From: Planctomycetota bacterium | Lineage (GTDB): Bacteria; Planctomycetota; UBA8108; UBA1146; JAJFFE01 | NCBI GenBank assembly: GCA_046154185.1 | Contig: JBJXGE010000094.1 | Coordinates: forward strand, 1-64,000 | DNA: 64,000 nt | Direction of reading: 5' to 3' | In this document: positions 28,629 to 38,633 of the stretch, piece by piece | Layout: each line of letters begins with the position of its first letter | Position numbering within the stretch: the stretch's first letter is position 1 | Translations under genes and position numbers: made by a program | Notes under the pieces: generated by a model | Databases searched by the model: none | Told to the model about the DNA's origin: nothing | Seen by the model: only the letters and a program-made list of their open reading frames with translations

Positions 28629-31253
28629 CTAGTCGAGATTGATCTTGGTTTGCTCGCCGGCAGCAATCGTGAATCGCACGGCAGCCGTGTGGCCGGTCGA
28701 TGCCAAGACCCGGGCCTGATAGATTCCTGGCGGGAGCGGCGTCGAGGATTTGCCTGCGCCGGAACTCCAAGCGGTAGTCACCCAGACCGGCGTCACTCGA
28801 CCGAGCCACTCGATGGCTATTCGTCTTCGCACGTGCTCGGGCGTCACTCGTTGCGAGAATTCTGCGAGCACCGTGCCGCAGCGCTCGAATGTGAGCGCGA
28901 CTTCCGAGGCACCCGCCGGAACTTCGAAGATGCTTGCGGAAACTCCGTCGCTCGCGTAGCCGAATCGCACGCCGCCCGGCCAGGAGGTGAAGAGCGGATC
29001 TTCGTCGATCTGCGGTCGCTCAAGCATTTCGGCACGCTCTGGGCACGCCCCGGCTCGCAGCATATCGAACTTCACTCCTTGGGGAATCACTCCGTCAGGA
29101 AGTACGAGGCGGAGACTCGCGACTCGTTCCAGCGTGAGTGTGCCAGTCGCATTGGCATGGAGCGTGACTTTCAACGGAGGTGCGTAGTACCCCGCGGGTG
29201 CGACCGCCTGCAAACGATACTCAGCGGGACAGACAGCTACGAGCGCGATCCGACCGGCAGCGTCGGTCCGGCCGTTGTATTTTGCTAAGCCATCTTCGGC
29301 AAGCAAGGTCCATGGCACGCCACCCGCTGGACTGCCATCGGGAAGTAACACTTCGCCAGCAAAGCGCACCGCGTGAAAATCGAGATCCAATTCAAGCGAT
29401 TTCGCAACGACGCATGGTCCCGCTTGCAGCGCGACATTTCCCTCATTTCTAAACCGAACCATAAACTCGCCGGGCTCTGCGACAACGACGCCATACAAAC
29501 CCAACCGATCAATGGTGCCCGCACTGCCAGTGCGCCTCGAAATGAAATTCAGCTTTCCACCGACTACGGGCTCGCCGTTAATAGTGATCTTGCCGTGGAC
29601 CTGTATCGCGGGATCCACCGACAACTCAAAAGTCTTCGATTCGCCAGCAGAAAGTTCGAATTCACTCTTGTGCAGTTCGACCGTCGCGCGCCACAGGCGG
29701 AGACAATACTCTCCCGGTGAGAGAACATCGAATTGGAACTCGCCGCTCTCGGCGGAAAGATGCGGAGTTCGTGGCTGTCGCAGCGTTCCGGATTCGCGAT
29801 CGCCGAGGTCAACAGGTTCGAGTTCAGCATGCACCGAAGAGTCAACGTTCCCAGCGTGGTCGCGGACTCGGACCAACAAGCTCGCCGCTGGCTTGAGCAC
29901 AGATTCCAACCGCATTGCCGTCCTCGTCATTTCGAAGCGCGGCACGTGCTCCGCCGGATATCCGCGCGCTTCGATCGTCAGATCGACTGCGAGACCGCTC
30001 GGGACCCGAAACGCGCATGCGCCGCTTTCGTCGCTCATCCCTAGCGAAGTCGCTGGGTCCTGCGACGCGGGCGGGACATCCACGAAACTGCAGATCACCC
30101 TTGCGCCCGCGATCGGCGCGCGCGACGGACTCAGTACCACAATTGTCAGAAGTATTCCCGGCGCGCCGAGCGCGATCGCTAGACTCGTCGTCTCACCGAC
30201 CGCCACCTCAACTTCCTCAACCATCGTTGACCGGAATCCTTCGACAGTAACGCACATCGCATAGGATCCAGCTTCGAGTCCCACAATCCGAACGCGTTCG
30301 GCTTCGACTTGATAGTTGCGCGAGCTCGCATGCGTCCGCGCGCCAGCGGCTGAATCGACGATTCGTTCCAAAGTTACTGCGACTGCCTTTGGCAGCCCGT
30401 GGCCTGCAGGCGCATGTAAGACAATTTCAATCGTGGCGTCGCGAGGAAGGAAGATTTCCTTCTGCAACTCTCCGACTCCGCGCGCCCGGAGTTCTCTTGC
30501 GAGGAGGCCGCGGTCGCCCCGAGTGCGAACGTGGATGACGGTTGCTCCCACCGGGATTCCTTGGAAGTCGAAGTACCCCCCGCTGTCCGTGCAAGCCCAG
30601 GATTCGAATAGCGGACCACCGGCGTCGAAGGAGACGATTATTTGAACGTCCGCTCCCTCGACCGGCTCGCCGTCGATAGTCAGGACTCGCGCTTCATAAG
30701 GGAGTCCGGCTTCGAGAACGAGATGAACTTCGGGTGCAAAGCCGGCCGTCACTTCAATCGATTGATGCGTGCGTCCGACGTATCCCACTGCGCTGCAGAA
30801 GACCTCGTACGAGCCGTCGCGCACTCCCCTAGTCGTGAATCGTCCTTTGCTGTCGCTCGTCTCGCTCACTACTTCTTGCCGCACTTCGTCATTCGGCAGA
30901 TTGGTCTCCGAGATGGTGATCTGCGCGTTGTAGATGGGATTTCCCAGGGCATCTGTGACCGAGCCGAGGACCTGCGTACCGATTCGGAGTGTGATCGCGG
31001 TCATTGGTAACTCGACGTGGCTTAAGTTGAAGTGAAGCGGGACTCCTGCCGGCGACGATTTCAACTCGAGCGCACCATCGGCTGAAATCGACTGCAAAGC
31101 TTGGGATGTTTGAGCGGCAGTTCGCGGATCCGCGCTTGCGAAAATAAGAACCACGAACCCCGCGCAGATGGGGATTGCGATCATCGCCGCGGCGAAGAGC
31201 AGCACTCTACCTGACCGGCTTCGCCGTCGATTCCGGTGCCGTTCGCGCTCCAT
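28629..31253 (-). CDS. large secreted protein with tandem carboxypeptidase-regulatory-like (prealbumin-fold) repeats
   Basis: N-terminal TM or signal, then at least 7 repeats of roughly 90 aa (..G.V.D..G.P..GA.V....). It is paralogous in repeat type to the periplasmic part of 45591-48524. Confidence 0.65.
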   Translation of the reverse strand: MERERHRNRRRSRSGRVLLFAAAMIAIPICAGFVVLIFASADPRTAAQTSQALQSISADGALELKSSPAGVPLHFNLSHVELPMTAITLRIGTQVLGSVTDALGNPIYNAQITISETNLPNDEVRQEVVSETSDSKGRFTTRGVRDGSYEVFCSAVGYVGRTHQSIEVTAGFAPEVHLVLEAGLPYEARVLTIDGEPVEGADVQIIVSFDAGGPLFESWACTDSGGYFDFQGIPVGATVIHVRTRGDRGLLARELRARGVGELQKEIFLPRDATIEIVLHAPAGHGLPKAVAVTLERIVDSAAGARTHASSRNYQVEAERVRIVGLEAGSYAMCVTVEGFRSTMVEEVEVAVGETTSLAIALGAPGILLTIVVLSPSRAPIAGARVICSFVDVPPASQDPATSLGMSDESGACAFRVPSGLAVDLTIEARGYPAEHVPRFEMTRTAMRLESVLKPAASLLVRVRDHAGNVDSSVHAELEPVDLGDRESGTLRQPRTPHLSAESGEFQFDVLSPGEYCLRLWRATVELHKSEFELSAGESKTFELSVDPAIQVHGKITINGEPVVGGKLNFISRRTGSAGTIDRLGLYGVVVAEPGEFMVRFRNEGNVALQAGPCVVAKSLELDLDFHAVRFAGEVLLPDGSPAGGVPWTLLAEDGLAKYNGRTDAAGRIALVAVCPAEYRLQAVAPAGYYAPPLKVTLHANATGTLTLERVASLRLVLPDGVIPQGVKFDMLRAGACPERAEMLERPQIDEDPLFTSWPGGVRFGYASDGVSASIFEVPAGASEVALTFERCGTVLAEFSQRVTPEHVRRRIAIEWLGRVTPVWVTTAWSSGAGKSSTPLPPGIYQARVLASTGHTAAVRFTIAAGEQTKINLD

Positions 31254-31367
31254 GTCTCACCTTCAGTCTCGCAACGCACACGTCGGACGGTCGACGGCGC
31301 CTCCTTTTGCTGCGCGTTCAATCTGAGGTGAACGATCGCGCAAAAGGAGGTGCTGATTTCGCCCCTA

Positions 31368-32222
31368 CTACGGGGCGGGCTGAGTAACCGTACTCGAATC
31401 GAGGGTGACCGCCGTCTGTGCCAGGAGTCTGCCGTTCACCGATGCGCCGGTATTCGCGACAATCGATGTCTGGGAGAGAAGAATTCCTTCGAGATGGGAA
31501 GTCGTTCCGATCTCCGCGGCACCGAACACCTGCCAGAAGATGTTCTTCGACAGCGCGCCACCGGCGAGGACAATCTGCGTCGAGGAACTCATTGTTAGAC
31601 TCTGCGCAATTTGGAAGATCCAGACATCATTGGGGCCACCGGAGAGAGTGACATCCGTCGGGATGAGAACAGCGGTACCCCATTTGTAAACCGCGGGCGG
31701 GAGAGTGAGTCCGCCGATGTTCCCTGCACCCAGCTCGATGTGGTCAGGGGCTCGTCCTGCGGCGTCCGCGTAGGCGGCTTCCATGTCGAGTACGGCGACG
31801 GTGAGATCGGCAGGCGCTGGGTCTGTATAGTCGGCCGCTACGACGTGTCCACTGACCTGAGTCGAAGTCGAGAACGTGCCCGATGGATCCAGATTCAATG
31901 AGAACCCCGTGATGAAGCTCGCGGCGGCCGGGCTCAGTCCAAGGCTCCCAGTGACGACGGAGGCTGGAACAGTTGAGATTGCGGACTTGGCCAAGATCGT
32001 GTGGTTCTCGGCCGTGCCAAGATCCACGGGCGCCGGACCACGTCCCAAGCCGCCAACGCCAGTGCCAGCACCGGCAAGAATTGGTGGGCTTGCACCTGCG
32101 CCTGCAACACCGCGGTGACTTCTGTGATTCTTGCAGCCTGCAACCATCGCAACTAGCAGCAGCGCTATGACCACGCCGCAGACTGCGGCGGAAATACGTT
32201 TACAGTTACTCATTCTCGTCAT
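31368..32222 (-). CDS. ice-binding-family-like (DUF3494) lipoprotein
   Basis: VAGC lipobox and a C-terminal region (NIFWQVFGAAEIGTTSHLEGILLSQTSIVANTGASVNGRLLAQTAVTLD) that matches DUF3494 repeats. Confidence 0.7.
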   Translation of the reverse strand: MTRMSNCKRISAAVCGVVIALLLVAMVAGCKNHRSHRGVAGAGASPPILAGAGTGVGGLGRGPAPVDLGTAENHTILAKSAISTVPASVVTGSLGLSPAAASFITGFSLNLDPSGTFSTSTQVSGHVVAADYTDPAPADLTVAVLDMEAAYADAAGRAPDHIELGAGNIGGLTLPPAVYKWGTAVLIPTDVTLSGGPNDVWIFQIAQSLTMSSSTQIVLAGGALSKNIFWQVFGAAEIGTTSHLEGILLSQTSIVANTGASVNGRLLAQTAVTLDSSTVTQPAP

Positions 32223-32987
32223 CTTTCATCTTGTAGACCTTTTTCGCTGATCGTGAGCTGGCCGTTTTCTAAACCTTGACCGACGCGAGCAACTAAGAGT
32301 TTGACCCGTTCAATTCGACGCTCCTATCACAACGTGTGCATTCTGAGGCGCTCGCCGCATCGGCAACCCGCATGCGCAGTTTCGAGCTGACATGATTCTT
32401 GTGGAGATGTTAGACCCGCGGTGAAGAGTGTCCTATGGGGTTCAACCCTACTAAAATTCGCAAGAATCGGATTTAACTGGAGAGCGCGCTGTTCTCGTGT
32501 CCGCTCCTTCAACCTGAAAGATTGAATAGGGAAATGCCCAGGGCAACCGTCTGCTCCGGCAGACCGGACCAGCCGGCCGCCCTTGTATGTTGCCGAACGC
32601 CGTCGAAACTACCTTCGCACGAACCAGACTCGCCGACAACAATGCCGACCAGCCACGGATCGGCCCTTCGGGCCGTGGGAAATGGATTGGCCGCGCGACC
32701 ACTTCTCGTGAAACTCGATAGTTGTCAGAATCTGCAAACTCACCGCGAACTCGAAGTAGTTCAGCTGCGGCGCAGAGAACTGCGCACTCGCCAGGATTCA
32801 AGGATTCTCAAACAACGGGCGGCTCAGGGTTCGATCGGGCACTGTCCGTTCTCGCGGGACCCGCACACTTCGTCGTTCAGCGTGCGTTCCCGCCGTCCGA
32901 TAACGAAGACTGAGTGTCCAGAGGGTTTTCGCTCGGCAGTCGAGCTGTGAAGCGCGGACCGCGCGGCACAGGCGAGCGGGGTGTCGC

Positions 32988-34448
32988 GTGAAGTTCAATT
33001 CCATCGAGTTTCTGCTCTATTTTCCGCTCGTGGCGTTGAGCTACTTCCTGCTGCCCCAACGACACCGCTGGCTCTTGCTCCTCGCCGCGAGCTACTATTT
33101 CTATATGTGTTGGGAGCCGGTCTACGCGCTCCTCATCGTCGCGTCGACCGTGGTCGACTACGCGGCCGGACGCCTGATGGGCGCGAGCGCCGACCGCGCG
33201 CAGCGCCGCAAGTATTTGTTCGTCAGCATGGCGCTCAATCTCGGGCTCCTCTTCACGTTTAAGTACCTGGACTTCACATTGGCATCTTTGAAAGCGGCCT
33301 TCGCGCCCTTCAACTTGCTCGAAGACCTGCCGCTCTTTCACTTGGTGTTGCCCGTCGGGATCTCGTTCTACACATTTCAAACGTTGAGCTACACGATCGA
33401 TGTCTATCGCGGCACGGCGCCGGCGGAGCGACACCTCGGCTACTTCGCGCTCTACGTCGTGTACTTCCCGCAACTCGTCGCCGGCCCCATTGAGCGCACG
33501 GACCGCCTGTTGCCGCAACTGCGGGCGACGCACGCATTCGATTTGCAGCGCATCTATTCGGGCGCGCTCTGCATGCTGTGGGGATTCTTCAAGAAGCTCG
33601 CCATCGCCGATCCGCTCGGGCTCATCGTCGACCCGGTCTACAACAACCCGCAAGCGTTCGAAGGGCCGGCGTTCGTGGTCGCGACCGTGGCGTTCGCGAT
33701 TCAGATCTACTGCGACTTCTCCGGCTACTCGGACATCGCGATCGGCGCGTCGCGAATTCTTGGCATCGAGCTCATGCAGAACTTTCGCCGCCCTTACCTC
33801 GCACGCTCGCTCGTCGAGTTTTGGCAGCGTTGGCATATCTCGCTCTCCCAGTGGTTTCGCGACTACGTGTATGTTCCGCTCGGCGGCAATCGCGGTTCGA
33901 CGGCGCGCGTGTGCGTCAACCTGTTCATTGTGTTTCTCGTCAGCGGCCTCTGGCACGGGGCGAGTTGGACCTTCGTCGCGTGGGGCGCGCTCCACGGCAC
34001 GTATTTAATCGTCGGTCGACTCACACGCGCGCCGCGTGCTGCGCTCGCCGCCGCGCTGCGACTCGAGCGCGTGCCGCGCCTCCACCTTGCCGCGCAAATC
34101 GCCACGACTTTCACCCTCGTCTTAGCCGCGTGGGTGTTCTTCCGTGCCGCCTCGGTCGCGGACGCTTGCTACATCTTCGCGAGCCTCGGCACCGGCTGGC
34201 AGTCATTCACGGTGTCCGTGCTCGAACCGTTCGCCAACGTGGGAGTTCCCCTCGACCAGCTCGTCGCGGCGCTCATCGCCATCCTGTGTCTCGAACTCGT
34301 GCAGCTCGCGCAAGAGTATACGCGACTCAGCGCGTGGTTCTTTCAGCGACCGGTCGCGCTCCGCTGGGGCGCGTACCAATTGCTCTTACTCGGGGTGTTT
34401 CTCCTCGGAGACTTCCATGAGCGTGCCTTCATCTACTTCCAGTTCTGA
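32988..34448 (+). CDS. MBOAT family O-acyltransferase (AlgI/DltB-like)
   Basis: Polytopic protein with a conserved His in the WHISLSQWFRDYVYVPLGGNRG region and a typical AlgI-like N-terminus. Confidence 0.9.
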   Translation: MKFNSIEFLLYFPLVALSYFLLPQRHRWLLLLAASYYFYMCWEPVYALLIVASTVVDYAAGRLMGASADRAQRRKYLFVSMALNLGLLFTFKYLDFTLASLKAAFAPFNLLEDLPLFHLVLPVGISFYTFQTLSYTIDVYRGTAPAERHLGYFALYVVYFPQLVAGPIERTDRLLPQLRATHAFDLQRIYSGALCMLWGFFKKLAIADPLGLIVDPVYNNPQAFEGPAFVVATVAFAIQIYCDFSGYSDIAIGASRILGIELMQNFRRPYLARSLVEFWQRWHISLSQWFRDYVYVPLGGNRGSTARVCVNLFIVFLVSGLWHGASWTFVAWGALHGTYLIVGRLTRAPRAALAAALRLERVPRLHLAAQIATTFTLVLAAWVFFRAASVADACYIFASLGTGWQSFTVSVLEPFANVGVPLDQLVAALIAILCLELVQLAQEYTRLSAWFFQRPVALRWGAYQLLLLGVFLLGDFHERAFIYFQF

Positions 34449-35418
34449 CGTGTGGCGAGGAGTGCGGACGATCGCACGGCGCGCGACTTTGTTCGCCGCG
34501 ATCTTCGCACTCGTGCTCGCGGCGCTCGATTGGCGACTCGGCGCCAACGTCTTCACGTCGTACGCGCTCGGGTATCGTGCGCTCACCGCCGCCGTCGGTG
34601 CGCCGCCCGACGAAGTCTTGCTGCTCGGGACATCGCATGTCGCGCGCGGCGTCGATCCGACGCAGCTCGGCGCGCCAGCCGAGCGCGCTTTCAATTTCGC
34701 GCTCGACGCCGCACCGCCGAGCTTCTTTGTCGACTGGTACACGCGGCTCTATCGCAAGTACCGGCCGGCGCCGAAGCGCGTCGTCATCGACGCGGCGAGT
34801 TTCATCTTCGACGGCCAGCGGCTCTATCGCCGCTATGCGCACGACAGCGAATACTTTCCTGCCGACCACTTTTGGCGCGAGCTCGAAGCCGGTGAAGTGT
34901 CGCGCGAGCTGCTCATTAAGCACCGATGGCCGCTTCTCAAATACCGCCGCAACTATTCGCTACTCCTGCGGCACGAGAATCTGAACATGGACAGTCTCGA
35001 TCGTTATAGCTTCGGTTGGATGCCGCTCGTCGGCACGAACCCGCATCACGATCGCGTGCAGTATCCGCCGACCCACATCGAAGAGACGGAGGTGCGCGCA
35101 CTCGAGCGCCTGCTCGAGGTCTTGGCGAGCGATCGGGTCGAGGTCGTGCTCGTGCAGACGCCGGTCTATCTCCCGAAGTTTCCGCTCGACGACGCGACGA
35201 CCCGGCGCATCGCCGCAATCGCCGCGGCGCGCGGAATCCCGTTCCTCAACTACAACGCAGAACGTCGCAGCGACCTGAATAGCGAGCTGCAACATTTTCA
35301 TGACTACGGACACCTGAACGTCGATGGCGGCAAGATCTTCAGCGCCCGATTGGGCGTCGACCTCCATCGACTCCGCCTCGGCGGCTTGCGCGCCGAACGC
35401 ACTGGAAACAGAGACTGA
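34417..35418 (+). CDS. MBOAT accessory protein (DltD/AlgJ-like, single N-terminal TM)
   Basis: Overlaps the MBOAT 3' end. TM anchor, then a periplasmic domain ending in the HFHDYGHLNVDGGKIFSARL motif seen in DltD-type partners. Confidence 0.55.
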   Translation: MSVPSSTSSSDVWRGVRTIARRATLFAAIFALVLAALDWRLGANVFTSYALGYRALTAAVGAPPDEVLLLGTSHVARGVDPTQLGAPAERAFNFALDAAPPSFFVDWYTRLYRKYRPAPKRVVIDAASFIFDGQRLYRRYAHDSEYFPADHFWRELEAGEVSRELLIKHRWPLLKYRRNYSLLLRHENLNMDSLDRYSFGWMPLVGTNPHHDRVQYPPTHIEETEVRALERLLEVLASDRVEVVLVQTPVYLPKFPLDDATTRRIAAIAAARGIPFLNYNAERRSDLNSELQHFHDYGHLNVDGGKIFSARLGVDLHRLRLGGLRAERTGNRD

Positions 35419-35419
35419 A

Positions 35420-36856
35420 TTGCACACTGAATCGCTGGTTTCATCCTCGCAAACGGCGGCCACGTCGCATCCCGCGTCGTTCCGGGATCCAAGCGGCGTC
35501 GTCTTTCACGTCGCGGGCGAGTTGTATCGACAGGTGAATCTGGTCTATCGAGACGACTACGAACGGCTGGAAAGCTCCGGCCTCCTCGAGCAACTCTGGT
35601 CGGATCGCCTTCTCATTCCGCATGCCGACGCCGCGAACGTGGCGCCGAAGGACTTGAGCGCGGCATGGCGCGTCATCAAACCTGAGCTCGTGCCGTTCAT
35701 CTCTTATCCGTATGAGTGGAGCTTCAGTCAGCTCCAAGACGCCGCGCTTCTCACGCTCGAGATACAGCGCCGCGCGCTCCTTGCCGGCCTGTCGCTCAAA
35801 GATGCGAGCGCGTACAACGTGCAGTTCGTCGGCGGTCGACCGATACTCATCGACACGCTCTCGTTCGAGCGTTATCGCGAAGGCGCGCCGTGGCCCGCGT
35901 ACGCGCAGTTCTGCCGGCACTTCCTCGCGCCGCTGATGTTGATGGCGCTCAAGGACATCCGACTCGGTCAATTGTTGCGCGTGCATCTCGACGGCGTGCC
36001 GCTCGATCTCGCGAGCACGCTGTTGCCGCGGCGCAGTTGGTGGCGCTTTTCGTGGCTCGCTCACGTCCATTTGCACGCGCTCGCGCAGCGGCGCTTCGCG
36101 AGCGCCGCTGCGTCGCCGCGAACGACCGGCGGCCACCGGCACTTCTCCCGCACTGCGATGGAGGGACTCATCGCGAGCCTCGAGCGCGGCGTGCGCGCGC
36201 TCAAGTGGCAGCCGCGCGGCACGGAGTGGTGCGACTACTACGACGCGACGAACTACAGCGATGACGCGGCGCGCTCGAAGGGCGCGTTGGTCGAGGCGAT
36301 GCTGGCGGAGTTCGCGCCCCGCACGGTTTGGGATCTCGGCGCTAACACCGGCGTCTACAGTCGGCTCGCGGCGCAGCGCGGCATTCAAACCGTCGCCTTC
36401 GATATCGATCCCGCGGCCGTCGAGAAGAACTATCGGCAGGTGCGCGCCCAGCACGAATCGATGCTACTGCCGCTCCTCCTCGACCTCACGAATCCGAGCG
36501 CGGCGCAAGGCTGGGGGCACGCGGAGCGCGACTCGCTCGCGGCGCGCGGTCCGTGCGACTTGGCGCTCGCGCTCGCGCTCGTGCATCACCTGGCGATTGC
36601 GAACAACGTACCGCTCGCGCGCGTTGCGGAGTTCTTCGCTTCGATTGCGCGGGCGCTGATCATCGAGTTTGTGCCGAAGGAAGATTCGCAGGTCGAGCGT
36701 TTGTTGAGTTCGCGCGCGGATGTTTTTCCGGACTATCACGCCGCGGGATTTGTCGCCGCGTTCAGCCGCTACTTTCGAATCGTGCGACAGGCGCCGGTCG
36801 CGGGCACGGCGCGCACGCTTTACGCGATGACGGCGCTCAACGCCGACGCGCCGTAA
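35420..36856 (+). CDS. putative SAM-dependent methyltransferase with an N-terminal domain of unknown function
   Basis: The C-terminal half has a methyltransferase-like VWDLGANTGVYS...AFDIDPAAV core. Start is uncertain; a TTG just after the upstream stop is plausible. Confidence 0.5.
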   Translation: MHTESLVSSSQTAATSHPASFRDPSGVVFHVAGELYRQVNLVYRDDYERLESSGLLEQLWSDRLLIPHADAANVAPKDLSAAWRVIKPELVPFISYPYEWSFSQLQDAALLTLEIQRRALLAGLSLKDASAYNVQFVGGRPILIDTLSFERYREGAPWPAYAQFCRHFLAPLMLMALKDIRLGQLLRVHLDGVPLDLASTLLPRRSWWRFSWLAHVHLHALAQRRFASAAASPRTTGGHRHFSRTAMEGLIASLERGVRALKWQPRGTEWCDYYDATNYSDDAARSKGALVEAMLAEFAPRTVWDLGANTGVYSRLAAQRGIQTVAFDIDPAAVEKNYRQVRAQHESMLLPLLLDLTNPSAAQGWGHAERDSLAARGPCDLALALALVHHLAIANNVPLARVAEFFASIARALIIEFVPKEDSQVERLLSSRADVFPDYHAAGFVAAFSRYFRIVRQAPVAGTARTLYAMTALNADAP

Positions 36857-38450
36857 TCCACGCGGCGATGTCGGTCGTGAGTATCGCTTCGCCGACGTCG
36901 ACGCGCTCCCGTTGACCTGGGAGTTTGATCACGAGCGGCACCGCCGTGCTGCGCGCGCGCGCGTCGTCGTGATCGTGCGACGCAGTCCCATGCGCGAGCG
37001 TGCCGTGGTCGCCCGTCATGATGATCGAGCACGTCTCCCAGTGGCCGGCGGCGCGGATCGCGGCGACGATTTCGCCGATGAGACGATCGAGGTACGCGAG
37101 ATTGTCGCGATAGCCGGGATGTTGCGGCGGTTCGTTGGTGCGAAAGTTCGGACGCACGCCATTCGCCGTGTAGTAGAAGGGCGGGTGCGGCAGCAAGTAG
37201 TGGATGAACGCCGTGAGTTGCGCGCCGCCACGGCTGATCGCCGTGAGCGTTTGCCGATGCGTCGCCTCGGTCGCGAACACGTGAAACTCCGCGTGGTAGT
37301 GGCTGAGGCCAAAGAGACGATGAATCGGCAGGTGACTGTAGAAGCAGGATTTGAAAAGGAGCGCGCGGAATTGTTCGCGCAGCCCGAGCTGTTGACCGTT
37401 GTCGTAGGGGAGTTCGAACACCCAATCGACTTGCGAACCGAGCATCCGGCGATAGGGGAGCGCGCGTCCGATCACGATGCGCAAGTCGTCCGGACTCGCG
37501 AGCTGGGCGTGAATAGGACGAAGCGTGGTCGTGTCGGCGAACTGTCCGTTTCGCTCGATCCAAGTGCTGCCGTCTGCGTCGAGCCGGACATCGCCATTCG
37601 CTTGAAACAAAATGTTCGGGATCGACTTCTCCGTGAAGACCTGCGTCGAATGCGCATTCGAAAACAGGTGACTCGTACTCGCGAGCGCCGTGAGATTCGG
37701 AAACTCAGTGCGCGCGTCGCTGCGGCGAAACGTCTCATCGTAGTCCCACTCGTCGAACACGAAGAAATAGACGGGGCCGGTCCGCGCGGCGATCGCGACC
37801 GCGGGCGGTGTTGCCGCGGCGGCGAGATACGGCGCAGGGGTGGGTGGCGCGCCGATGGCGGAGAATTGCGCGAAGTAGGCCAAGAGGACGACCGGCATCG
37901 GCGCGAACATGAGTAGCGCAGTCTGGCCAATTCGCGCGAAGCACGGCCAGGCGCCGGGCACGCCGATGAGCGCCAGCGTGACGACAAGCCACAGCAGTTT
38001 GTATTGATGATGGTAGAGCGAAATGAGCTGGCCGAGTTGCGGCAGCGGCAAGTGGATGAGGATCATGTAGCAGGCCGTCAACACGGCGCAGGCGCAGACC
38101 GGCGCCTTGAGGACGCGCGCCACGAGCTGTCGACGGGATGGATAGACGCGCACGATGACCGCATCGGCGAGGCCGCTGAGCGTCGCGATCAGCAACGCGA
38201 GCGCGCCGACGAGCAGGTAGCTCACCAACACGCCATCGAAACTATACGAAAGATCGCGTCGATTCTTGGTGCTCGCGAGCGTGTTGAAGTATGGGAGAAA
38301 AAGCAAGTAGGCGAAGAGGAACGACAGGCCGAGTCGTCGCCCAAGGGATGCGAGGCGGCTTTGGCGCTTCGGAACGGCGACCTTCGCCCATGGAATCGTG
38401 GAGTCGACGGCCGGCACGAAGCGCTCGGTCGGTGAAGCGACGATGGTCAC
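36837..38450 (-). CDS. sulfatase-like / LTA-synthase-family membrane protein (alkaline phosphatase superfamily)
   Basis: Five or six N-terminal TM helices, then an extracytoplasmic domain with the IIMTGDHG sulfatase-type motif. Confidence 0.7.
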   Translation of the reverse strand: MTIVASPTERFVPAVDSTIPWAKVAVPKRQSRLASLGRRLGLSFLFAYLLFLPYFNTLASTKNRRDLSYSFDGVLVSYLLVGALALLIATLSGLADAVIVRVYPSRRQLVARVLKAPVCACAVLTACYMILIHLPLPQLGQLISLYHHQYKLLWLVVTLALIGVPGAWPCFARIGQTALLMFAPMPVVLLAYFAQFSAIGAPPTPAPYLAAAATPPAVAIAARTGPVYFFVFDEWDYDETFRRSDARTEFPNLTALASTSHLFSNAHSTQVFTEKSIPNILFQANGDVRLDADGSTWIERNGQFADTTTLRPIHAQLASPDDLRIVIGRALPYRRMLGSQVDWVFELPYDNGQQLGLREQFRALLFKSCFYSHLPIHRLFGLSHYHAEFHVFATEATHRQTLTAISRGGAQLTAFIHYLLPHPPFYYTANGVRPNFRTNEPPQHPGYRDNLAYLDRLIGEIVAAIRAAGHWETCSIIMTGDHGTLAHGTASHDHDDARARSTAVPLVIKLPGQRERVDVGEAILTTDIAAWITARRR

Positions 38451-38633
38451 GACGAGTGGCTTTCTGCTGCGGTGTCTCGTTGCAAGCGTTGGACCCTATA
38501 TATATCGGCCGATCCCGCGCCGATCCGCAACGGGCAGCGGGCGTTCGAGGCGTGCGCGCTTGTTGCGGCGCGATCGGCTGAGTAGCATTCGCCGACGCGT
38601 GCCGCTCCGCGTGCGCAGAAGGGTTTTCGTCGC

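Noticed and set aside
33400-34420. Alternative plus-strand frames (202 and 280 aa) within the MBOAT gene
   Set aside because: They are off-frame overlaps of a strongly supported MBOAT CDS and have Arg/Ser-rich junk composition.
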